From contig NW_003314397.1 of assembly GCF_000143415.4 (NCBI RefSeq), positions 124,001-188,000 on the forward strand: 64,000 nucleotides of DNA, in the 5' to 3' direction. A program made the position numbers and the translations under genes. Origin of the DNA: Selaginella moellendorffii (Eukaryota; Plantae; Lycopodiophyta). Below the pieces are notes generated by a model. The model saw nothing but the letters and a program-made list of their open reading frames with translations, was not told the origin of the DNA and did no database searches. Positions 1-10,933 of this stretch are shown here, in pieces. The first letter of the stretch is position 1. Every line of letters starts with the position of its first letter.

Positions 1-1944
1 CGAGCCAGCAAATCCACCATGGAGCAGTAGATCTCAAAGTGTGGATCTACGCATCGATCTTCCAGCATGTACAAGAAGCACTGGCGGCCTTCTTCGACGA
101 GCCCGACGTGCCGGCAAGCGCTCAGGATGTTCACGCAGGTGGCCTCGTCGGGTGGAATTCCCAGGAGCTCCATCGGTTTGAGCAGCTCCAGTGCTACCTT
201 GCCATGCCCGTTTCGAGCATACGCGGTCGCCATCTCGGCCCAGGACTTGACGTCCGGGTGTGGGATCCTTGCGAGAAGATCCCGGGCTTCGCCCAAATGC
301 CCGCTCTGGGCAAATGCTGCCACCACCGCGGTCCAGGCGATCCAATTGCGCTCCGGCTCGGCGGGGAGGAGAGCCGGATCCCATCCAGCCGCGTCCACAG
401 GTATGATTTCTGCCACTGCCGCTGGGAGGAGATGGCGCCCATGGGAATCGCTCGATCCCACTCCGCTGCGGTGACAGTAGGGGGCCGCGTCTACGTCGCT
501 GGCGGCACGTCCGCCGAGGGGCGACGAGGCCGCTCTGGGCGAATCCGGCTGCGATGCTCGTCCAGGAGATTACATTCCTCTGGGGCATCCGATCGAAGGC
601 GGTGCTTGCCTCGTCCATCAGCCCCGCCTGGGCGAAGCTCGAGATCATCGCGTTCCAGGAGACGAGATTGGCCTGGGGCATGGAATCGAAGACGGCCTTG
701 GCGGCGACGGCGTCTCCGACGAGCCCGTGCACGGTGATCATGGCGTTCCAGGAGATCACATCGAGCTGTGGCGCGCGAGAGATCGCGGCGATGGCGTCGT
801 CGACCTGGCGAGATTGGGCGTAGGCGGCGATGAGCGCGTTCCAGGAGACGATGTTGCGAGAGGGCATCGAGTGGAAGAAGGATTGGGCATCGTCGACGCG
901 ACCGCTCTGGGAGAAGACTGTAATCATCGCGTTCCAGGCGATGGAATCCCATTTGGGCATAAGAGAGAACATCTCGACCGCTCGATTCAAATCTCCCGCC
1001 GTCGCCAGGCCTTCGATTATGGCCGTCCAGGACACCACGCTCCTTTCCGCCGCGGAATCAAATATCGCCATCGCATCGTCCACGTGCCCCTCTTCCGCAA
1101 AACAACGAATCATGGCCGTCCACGACACCACATCGTGCTAGAACACGTTGCGCGCCCTCATCCCCCTCTCGGCATTCGCGACGACAATCACAGTCTAGGG
1201 GCGCTCGGGCATCCCATCGAAGATCCTCTTGGCCTCGCGATTCTCCCCGCGCTCGACGTGTACTGTGATCATCGCATTCCAGGAGACGACGTCGTGCTGC
1301 GGCATCCGCCAGAACATCGCGCGCGCATCGTCAAGATTTCCTCTCTTGGCGTAGCCAGCGACCATCGCGTTCCAGATCACGATGTTTTGCTGGGGAATCG
1401 AGTCGAATATCGCCTTGGCATCGTGGATCCGGCCGTGGCGAGTGTAGAGCGTGATCATCGTGGTTCCAAGGTGCACATCCCACTGCGGCATGCTCTTCTT
1501 GATCTTCTTGGCCTCCGCCACATCCCCTCTCCGAGCATAGGCAGCCGCCAAGGAATTCCAGGTGACCGCATTGCGCTCGGCCATGGCATCGAAGATCCGC
1601 CGCGCCTCCTCGACCTCGCCATTCTCGACATAGGCCTGGATCATCAGATTCCCGGAGAAGGAATTGGGGCAAGGGATGGAGTCGTGCACGGATCGCGCGT
1701 CGCGGGGGCTGCGGCACTTGCCATACATCTCCACGAGCAGATTGGCGAGGTACAAGCTCTGGGCATGGATGCTGCTGCCGCGGATTCGAGCATGCAATCG
1801 CCGCCCCCCACACAGGTCGCGGTTCCTCCCGCATTCGCGGACGAGCTCGCCGAGATTCTTCTCCTCAACTCCAGCAGCATCGTCTCTCATCGGCAAATGC
1901 CCGACTATGGCATCGCATTCTCCGCGCGTGACAGTTACATTCAT
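1..1944 (-). pseudogene. PLS-class PPR pseudogene (copy of 7521-9503), runs off window start
   Basis: ORF split into 1195-1944 and 34-1131 by several small deletions at ~1138-1200; also disrupted by a 161-bp foreign insert at 358-518. Confidence 0.9.
358..518 (+). pseudogene. Kelch-repeat (F-box/kelch-like) gene fragment inserted in the PPR pseudogene
   Basis: Absent from the intact paralog; + strand reads LGGEESRIPSSRVHRYDFCHCRWEEMAPMGIARSHSAAVTVGGRVYVAGG, matching the kelch pattern YD..W...M...R......GxxYVxGG. Confidence 0.85.
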
Positions 1945-1957
1945 CGACTCAGGCTAG

Positions 1958-2401
1958 CTAGAACAAGGGAGATCTGTGAGGAGTTCCTTTGCGGTGGCTT
2001 CTGGGCGATGGAGAGGAGACAAGCACTAGGCTTTTACAAGGCGTGGGTGTGGGTGTGGCGGCCATCTCCGACGAGAGCACGGAGTTTGGAGAGGGTGGAA
2101 CTAGAGTTACTGGTGGGGGATGTTGGTGGCGAGTAGTAGTGGTGGTGGCGGTGGTGGTACTGGGCTCTCGATCTCTCACAACTATCTGGAGCTTGGTCTT
2201 CTTGAAGCCCAGTATCCGAGGAGGAAGAACTTCTTCGCCTGAGAAGATTGACGGTGGTGGTGGTGGTGGTGGCGGCATTCTTATTCTGGTGGTGGTGGTG
2301 GTGGTGATGGTCGCTCGTCGCCATGGATGGTGATGGAGCTGGATTGAGTTCTTCGCGGTCTTCCAGCGATCCAGTGGGGGATGACTTACCTGGAGAAGGC
2401 C
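1958..2401 (-). pseudogene. 5'-truncated PLATZ transcription factor fragment
   Basis: Same C-terminus (RSHRKGTPHRSPLF) as 9582-10490; zinc-binding N-terminal domain missing; internal indels. Confidence 0.85.
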
Positions 2402-2429
2402 CTTCAGCTGCAATGCTACTGCATTATGT

Positions 2430-3160
2430 CCCACACGAGCACTTGGAACACTTCCTGATGAACTATGAGGAGAATTCCAACGAAGCTCCGCTGCAAAAAT
2501 AAAAATAGAAATAAGCTTTCACAAAGAATTAACTCGAGCTTTTTTACTGCTCACCATCAAGAAAACCGGACGTCCATGAAGGGTGTTCTAGCTGCAGCAG
2601 CAATTATATTACGGTTCATCAGCGCCTTTTCTCGCTCCAAGCTTTTGATTATCTTTGTCATTTCGGCCTGCATAATTCCCGCGTCTTGAAGGTCCTGTTG
2701 TGAAAGAACTGAGCTTGCAAAACTCTAGCGTCTTTTAACACTGACTCCTTCCTGACGAGACAAACTCTGCCATTAAATCGAATGAAACCATGAACAGCTT
2801 CACTAACCTGAACTCTGCCATAAAAATCAACCATCGGTAGAACATACTCTTCAGCAGTGATCTCTCCAGCATAATATGAAGATGTTGTCTGTGAGATTTC
2901 TGCCTTTTGGACATTAAGAGCCAGGCTTTAAAGACCTCTGACCTGCAAAACAAGAAAAAAGTTGCCTCAATTCTCCGAACAAAATGAATGATAATTACCT
3001 CAGCTTGGCAGATTGTCGAAAACGGAAACGCAACAGCAAGCGATCTTCAGTCAACCGCACTTTCCAGCCACTGAACGCATTCTGATGAAGATCTAAACAC
3101 CGCGATTCCTGAGCTTCAGATCTCTAGTTGTTCCTTTTGCTCCTGCTGCTGCCGCTCATG
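2430..3160 (-). pseudogene. Spliced gene remnant of unknown function with FxxW repeats and a coiled-coil segment
   Basis: Exon-like segments NAFSGWK / EVFKAWL / LLKSMFYRWL and MQAEMTKIIKSLEREKALM separated by short GT-AG introns; no clear start; cut off at the duplication breakpoint. Confidence 0.3.
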
Positions 3161-3642
3161 TGTTCCTAACCAAACCCTAATTAAAAAATCAAATGAGAAT
3201 ATCTATTAGATATCAACTGCTATTGTACAAATTATGTGTAGTACCGACCATCCAACAACATTAACAACACTGATGCTAAGTGGTGGTAGAATTAAAAATG
3301 TTATATGACTTTGGTAAATCACCATAAATTATCATGGTAAATCACCATAAGATAAAAGGTGAAATCCCCGTGCGTTACACTAATTTCTAATACACAGGAT
3401 AGGTTCTTGTGTTCTCCTTCGCAACTTTACATTTTCTGCAATCGGAAAGCCTGCTTCTGGAGTAGAGCAGCAATCTGGCGGCGGATTTGACATTGTGACT
3501 GATCACAAACTCCTTGGACGCATAGCCGCAGTGAAATTCGAGCTGAGAAGCCGCCATAGCCATGCCCAGGGCTTTTTGTTCGTGTGTTCAGAATTCAATG
3601 GTTACAGTCAGATCAACGGTCAGATCTACACTAAGGACATAT

Positions 3643-4885
3643 CTACGCGGTGTCGTCGTCAACGCCCTCAGAGAAGTTGACACAGTCCTTGTGGTGAAAT
3701 ACTGCAACTTCACAATCTCGGTGTGAGCAGACAACCACAGCACCTTCATCCACTCCTTGCCGACATAGGCAGATATCTTCATTTGTTGCATTTTTAACAA
3801 TCGAAACATTAAAACCGCACGAAACACATACCACGAGATGGCGGTGCCTCTACCAAATTCAGTGAAACAATTTGTTGCTGTAGCTCGAAAAGGCTGAGCT
3901 CAAAATGAAAATCTTGATCAAGCCCTGCAATGTCAAGAAAAAAAAATTCAAATAAAAGCCAAAACATAGAAATATACCTGTCGGATATCCTCGCATAATT
4001 TTGTGCAAAGGAATTCTTTGCACAAAATCTTCTTGGTTCTCTTCATTACATACCCCAGGACTGAAGTTCACGTCGCGGAAACGACCGGTGCCATCTTGAT
4101 GATCGAGTATGAAAAGAAGAAACCGCTGGCTAAGCACCCCATTACCTGATCAAGTAACTCGTAAGAAAAAGAAAAAGAAGAAAAGTTGCCTTAACCAGCT
4201 CGCTTGATCTCCAGTTTGATGCCCAATGTGATGGCCACGCCGTTGCATGACCACCACCGCATCTCTTCCTTGAGCCGCGGGATCGATTCATTTCTATACG
4301 ACAGCTCAAGGACAAAGCTCGGAAGAGCATTTGGCGTTTGCGATGGCACCCATGCTGTAAAACATCGCAAACTGTTATACACAAACCACATATCCAAGAG
4401 AGTACAAGCATACCGACGTCAGGCTCCTTATTGATAACGTACTTGTCGACTTTGAGTGGTATTCTCGTAGATCCAATTCCAAGCAAAACATCTCGGCTTT
4501 TGAAGCTACCCCGATTGCCTTGCTCATACCATGCTGATACCATCTGCTCCTTCATCTCATGTACGCAGAGGGCAACAACCTCATGAACGCGTGAGGGATC
4601 GCCGTAAAGCCAAACGGACCCAAAATCCTTCCCCGCCTCCTTTACAAAGGAGAGTTTCCACCCGCTTTCGATTTCCAAGCTCCAGAGCTCAAACACACTC
4701 TCATACACTCTGGAAGCCACAAGATAAGGGCCTCGACATCGTCCTTTTGCAGCATCCTCTTCTAGCTCAGCTATTGCCTTATCTAAACCTATGTGCAGAT
4801 CCACAGGCCTGCACACGGTACTGGTAACATCCCCACACCGATAGAGACCACCCTCAATGACATCGCTGACACCACAACACGCCAT
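3643..4885 (-). CDS. Uma2/DUF820-like PD-(D/E)xK endonuclease with C-terminal PHD-like finger (exons 4885-4414, 4354-4196, 4145-3978, 3924-3832, 3776-3643)
   Basis: Removing short GT-AG introns in phase gives KEPDVAWVPSQTPNALPSFVLELSYRNES (Uma2 PDxxxV...PxxVxE motif) ... SLFELQQQI, then DICLCRQ...VVCSHRDCEVAVFHHKDCV; PHD end is interrupted by TAG codons; the last intron has a weak AAG acceptor. Confidence 0.7.
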
Positions 4886-5079
4886 TACCTGATAATACTA
4901 CCCTTAGCCTGTCCTGTGTATTTAGGGTAAACCGGTAAACCTTAAAAGCACAACGGTTGATGGGGTGGACTGCATGGTGGGCCATGGCAGGGGCGCGCCT
5001 GAGCACCGTCCGTTGACCGTTGACGAAGGTAGGACGAGAAGACCGGACAGTTGACCGCTGAACAGGCCGTTGAGGCAAT

Positions 5080-5720
5080 CCCTTACTGCCGAAGATCCTC
5101 TATCGAAACTACAACTCCTACAGCTAAATACTCTGCCGTGTTCCCAAGAAATGCTCGCCGCAAACAGCCGCCCCCTCGGTTGAATGCCGTGACCAGAGAA
5201 ATCGACCCACAAGGTGAAAACACGCAGAAACCCACCCCGAAAAAAGAAAAGAAAAAAGAAAAACAGAGGAACCCGGAAAAGGAAAATAACGAAAATAAAG
5301 GCACTGGAGCCTAGCTCAGAATCCGAGGCTCTGAAAAAAAATAAAAAAGCAACGTTCAAATCAAAACTCCAGAAATACATACCGATTGTGCTCGTTTTCC
5401 AAAGTAGTGCAGAAAGTTCCCAGGACAATGGACCACATCAGTTGCTCCTGCAATTTCAGCCCTCCTTATCGCCTCCTTGTCCTGAAATTCTTGACAGTCA
5501 GCCGAGATTTCTACAAGAGAAACGTAAGAAAGTCGTTTCGTCCGCCAGCCAGCCGTCGATGACAACACCAGTTGCAAAAATTTCAGAGAGCTTCCAACTG
5601 TGGGGCATAGGTGAAGGTTTCGCACTGTACTTGAAAATGATCATGATCGTACCTTCACAAGAGCAACAAACAACTCAGTAACTAAACTGGAGGAGTGAAG
5701 TATATATCCTACCTTCCTTC
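5080..5720 (-). other. Possible further spliced exons of unknown identity upstream of the Uma2-like gene
   Basis: ORF 5356-5625 is bounded by tacag| and |gtatgt; pyrimidine-rich minus-strand intron-like tracts nearby; no recognisable motif. Confidence 0.25.
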
Positions 5721-6419
5721 AATATCGCAATGATTAGAACCATGAAAGGTGAAAAAATCGAATTTCCATATCAAAGCCAGCAGCATAAGACCGAGTTTCA
5801 GAAAAACGCAAAGGTAAACACAAGAAACTGTTCCATAAATGAAAAATACTCACTGGTTGTGTTGGATACTGCATATATATATATGTATAGGAAAAAAAAA
5901 CGAGTCAAAGATATTACGATTACAAAACAGTTATGGTCCGTATTATTTTTATGTTAAGTCATCAGTTTTTTCGACATTTGAATGGCACTCAAATTGTACT
6001 AAGCTCAGAATTAGTGAGAGAGAGGCCAGTTGCCATTTAAGTCTCCAACCATTGGAAAATCTTTATTTGCAACTGGCAAATTTGTTATTTTGGTTGTCTG
6101 TATACATAAATTTACCATGCAATTTAAGCAACTGGCAAGTAGCATGCTCAGTTGTTTCTATTTGATGTTGCAGCAACGGTGGATTTTGTGAAGAGTGGTC
6201 GCCGTTTGCAATCGCTAGACGACGCTCCGAGTAAAAGAGCCTATGCTTCAAGAACCTGACGATGGAGAAAGCTTCAGTGGTTTAAAGCTGTCGATTCAAA
6301 AGCGGACTCTTCGAATCAAACAGCGTTTATGTGATCGATGATGAAATTCTGCTCAACTGAACTCCAGAGCTGCTGAGATATCATCCATCTCAGTTGCACA
6401 ATTCGCTTCCAAATTGATA

Positions 6420-7145
6420 AACAGCTTCAAGATGTATCTCAAGCAATATCTCCGTTGCTTCATCATTTATCAGTAGAACGATTAGACACAACTCCTACCA
6501 TTTATTGAGTTCTCGTACAACAACACAGTTCACGGTTCCATGCAACAAACATTTTTCTTCTTTCTCCAATACTACCATCCACGATGGACGTTTCATGAAT
6601 CCGTTTCTCTACTGGCCAATTTTTCTACCACAAACCGGTCAACTTAACTCCAACACATTCATCATGATCTCCAAGAACATTTCCTCGAGGCTCAGAAACG
6701 TCACAAACTCGCCTCGCCTCATGGCTCCTAAGTAAAAGGTTGGTGATTAAGTTTGGTTATTGCGGTGCAACATTCAAACTACTCGTCCATCTGGTAAATT
6801 CGACTATCAATGCCTCGGTTCCTTCCAAATCTCTGCTCGCATTCATGAAGTTGCATATCAACTGGATCTTCCTCCGAGTATGTGCCTCCATCCTGTCTTT
6901 CATGTTTCCCTGCTCGAACCATACGTCACCAATGATATTCCAAGTCGAGTCATCCCACCAGCTCCCGAAGTCCAGATTGATTGTCACCCCAGTATGAAGT
7001 TGCTGAGATCCTCGATTCTAAGATCCTTCGACATCGGATGTACTACCTCATCGACTGGGTTGGTTACTCTCCAAGAGATTGGACATGGGAACCCTCGCAA
7101 AGTATAGTAAATTCTTCAGGTAAATTTTCTGACTTCCACGGCCGT
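6420..7145 (+). mobile_element. Decayed Ty3/gypsy chromovirus fragment (integrase C-terminus, GPY/F motif, chromodomain)
   Basis: QYLRCF..EFSYNN, LGSFQI..AYQLDLP..HPVFHVSLLEPY, YEVAEILDSK..YYLIDWVGY..TWEP, all with frameshifts; homologous to 24399-25868. Confidence 0.9.
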
Positions 7146-7520
7146 GAACAAAGTCATGGGAACGTTGCAGGGTCACGAAATCCCAAAGGGCCAGGCCAAG
7201 ATCGAGCAGTTCATGGATTCCTCCCACGCAAAGATCACCAAGCTCGTCAAGGTACCGACACTCTCATTCTTGTAAATTCATCCTTGTTCTCTTTTTTGTG
7301 CAGGGATACTTGGACAAGTATGTGTCGTGATGTTTTGACAATGGTTGGAAGCCGGAAGATTGATTTCTCAACAGATTGTACTATGTAAGTCTATAAGTAT
7401 CAATAGCTAACATTTAAGGTACGCGCACTGGTTCTACTCTTCTGTGTTCTTCAATTTCTCTATGGTATTTCTTTCGATCTAACAAAAAAAATCGGTTTTT
7501 GATGAGCCAGCTCTAGGTGG

Positions 7521-9503
7521 TCACTCGAGCAAGATATTGGCCATGAGGATATAAGGTCCGGGGTTCTCGGGGTGTGCCTCAAACGCGCTCCACGCCGCTC
7601 GGAGACCACACTGGATATCACTGTGGATCCGAGCGCCGCCAAGCAGTGCTCCCCAGGTGGTATCATCGGGAAGATATGGCATGCTCTGGATAAGCTCCTC
7701 GGCCTGTGGGAGCTGCCCGGCTCGAGCCAGCAAATCCACCATGGAGCAGTAGATCTCAAAGTGTGGAGCTACGCATCGATCTTCCAGCATGTACAAGAAG
7801 CACTGGCGGCCTTCTTCGACGAGCCCGACGTGCCGGCAAGCGCTCAGGATGTTCACGCAGGTGGCCTCGTCGGGTGGAATTCCCAGGAGTTCCATCGGTT
7901 TGAGCAGCTCCAGCGCTACCTTGCCATGCCCGTTTCGAGCATACGCGGTCGCCATCTCGGCCCAGGGCTTGACGTCCGGGTGTGGGATCCTTGCGAGAAG
8001 ATCCCGGGCTTCGCCCAAATGCCCGCTCTGGGCAAATGCTGCCACCACCGCGGTCCAGGTGATCCAATTGCGCTCCGGCATGGATTGGAATGCGTGCTTC
8101 GCTTGGGCGACGAGGCCGCTCTGGGCGAATCCGGCTGCGATGCTCGTCCAGGAGATTACATTCCTCTGGGGCATCCGATCGAAGGCGGTGCTTGCCTCGT
8201 CAATCAGACCCGCCTGGGCGAAGCTCGAGATCATCGCGTTCCAGGAGATGAGGTTGGCCTGGGGCATGGAATCGAAGACGGCCTTGGCGGCGACGGCGTC
8301 TCCGACGAGCCCGTGCACGGTGATCATGGCGTTCCAGGAGATCACATCGAGCTGTGGCGCGCGAGAGATCGCGGCGGTGGCGTCGTCGACCTGGCGAGAT
8401 TGGGCGTAGACGGCGATGAGCGCGTTCCAGGAGACGATGTTGCGAGAGGGCATCGAGTGGAAGAAGGATTGGGCATCGTCGACGCGACCGCTCTGGGAGA
8501 AGACTGTGATCATCGCGTTCCAGGCGATGGAATCCCATTTGGGCATAAGCGAGAACATCTCGACCGCTCGATTCAAATCTCCCGCCGTCGCCAGGCCTTC
8601 GATCATGGCCGTCCAGGATACCACGCTCCTTTCCGCCGCGGAATCGAACATCGCCATCGCATCGTCCACGTGTCCCTCTTCCGCGAAACCACGAATCATG
8701 GCCGTCCACGACACCACATCGTGCTGGGGCATTCTCAAGAACACGCTGCGCGCCCTAGCCACATCCCCGCTCTCGGCATTCGCGACGACGATCACAGTCC
8801 AAGGGATCACATCGCGCTCGGGCATTCCATCGAAGATCCTCTTGGCCTCGCGAATCTCCCCGCGCTCGACGTTGGCTGTGATCATCACATTCCAGGAGAC
8901 GACGTCGTGCTGCGGCATCCGCCAGAACATCGCGCGCGCGTCGTCAAGATTTCCTCTCTTGGCGTAGCCAGCGACCATCGCGTTCCAGATAACGATGTTT
9001 TGCTGGGGAATCGAGTCGAATATCGCCCTGGCATCGTGGATCCGGCCGTGGCGAGTGTAGAGCGTGATCATCGTGGTTCCAAGGTACACATCCCACTGCG
9101 GCATGCTCTTCTTGATCTTCTTGGCCTCCGCCACATCCCCTCTCCGAGCATAGGCAGCCGCCAAGGAATTCCAGGTGACCGCATTGCGCTCGGCCATGGC
9201 ATCGAAGATCCGCCGCGCCTCCTCGACCTCGCCATTCTCGACATAGGCCTGGATCATCAGATTCCCGGAGAAGGAATTGGGGCAAGGGATGGAGTCGTGC
9301 ACGGATCGCGCGTCGCGGGGGCTGCGGCACTTGCCATACATCTCCACGAGCAGATTGGCGAGGTACAAGCTCTGGGCATGGATGCTGCTGCCGCGGATTC
9401 GAGCATGCAATCGCCGCCCGCCACACAGGTCGCGGTTCCTCCCGCATTCGCGGACGAGCTCGCCGAGATTCTTCTCCTCAACTCCAGCAGCATCGTCTCT
9501 CAT
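7521..9503 (-). CDS. PLS-class pentatricopeptide repeat protein (tandem 31-aa S/SS motifs + E domain, no DYW), 660 aa
   Basis: Repeated VSWNAMI..YA..G....A..F..MP motifs; E-domain YCSMVDLLARAG / TWGALLG / PGPYILMANI; single exon. Confidence 0.95.
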   Translation of the reverse strand: MRDDAAGVEEKNLGELVRECGRNRDLCGGRRLHARIRGSSIHAQSLYLANLLVEMYGKCRSPRDARSVHDSIPCPNSFSGNLMIQAYVENGEVEEARRIFDAMAERNAVTWNSLAAAYARRGDVAEAKKIKKSMPQWDVYLGTTMITLYTRHGRIHDARAIFDSIPQQNIVIWNAMVAGYAKRGNLDDARAMFWRMPQHDVVSWNVMITANVERGEIREAKRIFDGMPERDVIPWTVIVVANAESGDVARARSVFLRMPQHDVVSWTAMIRGFAEEGHVDDAMAMFDSAAERSVVSWTAMIEGLATAGDLNRAVEMFSLMPKWDSIAWNAMITVFSQSGRVDDAQSFFHSMPSRNIVSWNALIAVYAQSRQVDDATAAISRAPQLDVISWNAMITVHGLVGDAVAAKAVFDSMPQANLISWNAMISSFAQAGLIDEASTAFDRMPQRNVISWTSIAAGFAQSGLVAQAKHAFQSMPERNWITWTAVVAAFAQSGHLGEARDLLARIPHPDVKPWAEMATAYARNGHGKVALELLKPMELLGIPPDEATCVNILSACRHVGLVEEGRQCFLYMLEDRCVAPHFEIYCSMVDLLARAGQLPQAEELIQSMPYLPDDTTWGALLGGARIHSDIQCGLRAAWSAFEAHPENPGPYILMANILLE

Positions 9504-9581
9504 CGGCAGATGCCCGGCTATGGCATCGCATTCTCAACGCTAGAGGAAAGACAGTTAAATACATTCATCGACTCAGGCTAG

Positions 9582-10490
9582 CTAGAACAAGGGAGACCTG
9601 TGAGGAGTTCCTTTGCGGTGGCTTCTGGGCGATCGTGAGGAGACGAGCACTAGGCTTTTACAAGGCGTGGTTGTGGGTGTGGCGGCCATCTCCGACGAGA
9701 GCACGGAGTTTGGAGAGGGTGGAACTAGAGTCACTGGTGGGGGATGTTGGTGGCGAGTAGTAGTACTAGCAGCAGTGGTGGTGGCGGTGGTGGTGCTGGG
9801 TTCTCGATCTCTCACAACTATCTGGAGCTTGGTCTTCTTGAAGCCCAGTATCCGAGGAGGAAGAACTTCTTCGCCAATGCTTTGCTGCCGCCTCTTGAAG
9901 AGATTGACGGTGGTGGTGGTGGTGGTGGCGGCATTCTCATTCTGGTGGTGGTGGTGGTGGTGGTGATGGTCGCTCGTCGCCATGGATGATGATGGAGCTG
10001 TATTGAGTTCTTCGCGGTCTTCCAGCGATCCAGTGGGGGATGACTTACCTGGAGAAGGCCACGCGACGATGGCCGTGTCGTCATAGCTCGCCACCACGCA
10101 TGCAAGCTTACAAGAAATGGAGCAAAACCGGAGGGGATCCGAGATGCTTCTCCCGCACGTCTCGCAGCAGCGAAGCGATCCTTTGGCGAGCCTCGACTGT
10201 GGCCGGCTGAGGAGGAAGGCGATCTTGGCACCATTGATGGTGTAAGGCTGAATGCCCGTGGTGTCGAGCAGCTTGTGGAGGTCGTTGATACGCACAGCGT
10301 CCATGTGAGAAGCTCGCCTCACCTGGAGCGTGGTGTGCGAGAGATGATCCCGCAAGCCCGAGTGACAGAGCGGCCCCTCGCAGCAGTCGACACAGAAGTG
10401 GTTTCTCTCATTCTTGCTCGAGACATGGCTGCGGCAATGAGCGAAGTAGTTGCCTGCCAGGAACGCCTCCAACCAGCCCGGGACCGCCAT
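9582..10490 (-). CDS. PLATZ: PLATZ transcription factor, 302 aa, intronless
   Basis: WL..FL...YF..C..H...KNERNHFCVDC..LC; LQVRR; IQPYTINGAKIAFL; CETCGRS...RFCSISCK; C-terminal RKGTPHRSP. Confidence 0.93.
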   Translation of the reverse strand: MAVPGWLEAFLAGNYFAHCRSHVSSKNERNHFCVDCCEGPLCHSGLRDHLSHTTLQVRRASHMDAVRINDLHKLLDTTGIQPYTINGAKIAFLLSRPQSRLAKGSLRCCETCGRSISDPLRFCSISCKLACVVASYDDTAIVAWPSPGKSSPTGSLEDREELNTAPSSSMATSDHHHHHHHHQNENAATTTTTTVNLFKRRQQSIGEEVLPPRILGFKKTKLQIVVRDREPSTTTATTTAASTTTRHQHPPPVTLVPPSPNSVLSSEMAATPTTTPCKSLVLVSSRSPRSHRKGTPHRSPLF

Positions 10491-10933
10491 TACGCTGCAT
10501 TCTCAGCGATGCATGCTCGCTTCACGACCAAGTGATGAGGCTCGAACATGGCAATGCGCGAGCCGACCATGCAGCGTAATGGGATTTGGAGCAAGAACAC
10601 CGACACGATCCAGCAATGGGCGTGTCAAAAGGGAAAGAGGACGAGCGAAGCAGCAAGAGTAAAGGAGAAGGCGACGACGACGCTGGAGAGGAAGCAGGAG
10701 ACGCGAATAGAAGGACGAAAGGCCGGTCCGCCATGGGCGATTTGTGTGGAGCCTGGAAATAGAAGGCGAGGTGACGAATCTCTCCATGGCCGATTACCAG
10801 GTACTGCATGCTCTTTGAACAACACGTCTTTAACTTCCGGGAAACATGCAGCTTTTATTCTTCGCGTAGATTCTCCACCACTGTGAGACAAAAGGAGTTT
10901 TTGGAACCAAAAATTGGCCGCGAAGTCTACAGC

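Larger units (their letters stand above)
1..2401. repeat. Degenerate segmental duplicate of ~7723-10060 (PPR gene + 3' half of PLATZ)
   Basis: Near-identical to 7723-10060: both begin cgagccagcaaatccacc and identity ends after tggagaaggcc at ~2401. Confidence 0.95.

Noticed and set aside
3631-3645. RNA editing or readthrough rescuing the TAG codons in the PHD finger
   Set aside because: Nuclear gene; plant editing is organellar and two stops would need rescue; ordinary nonsense mutation is simpler
7572-9581. 669-aa plus-strand ORF (also 727-2136, 43074-43931, 47321-48178)
   Set aside because: Antisense shadows of GC-rich PPR/ARM genes with no motifs of their own
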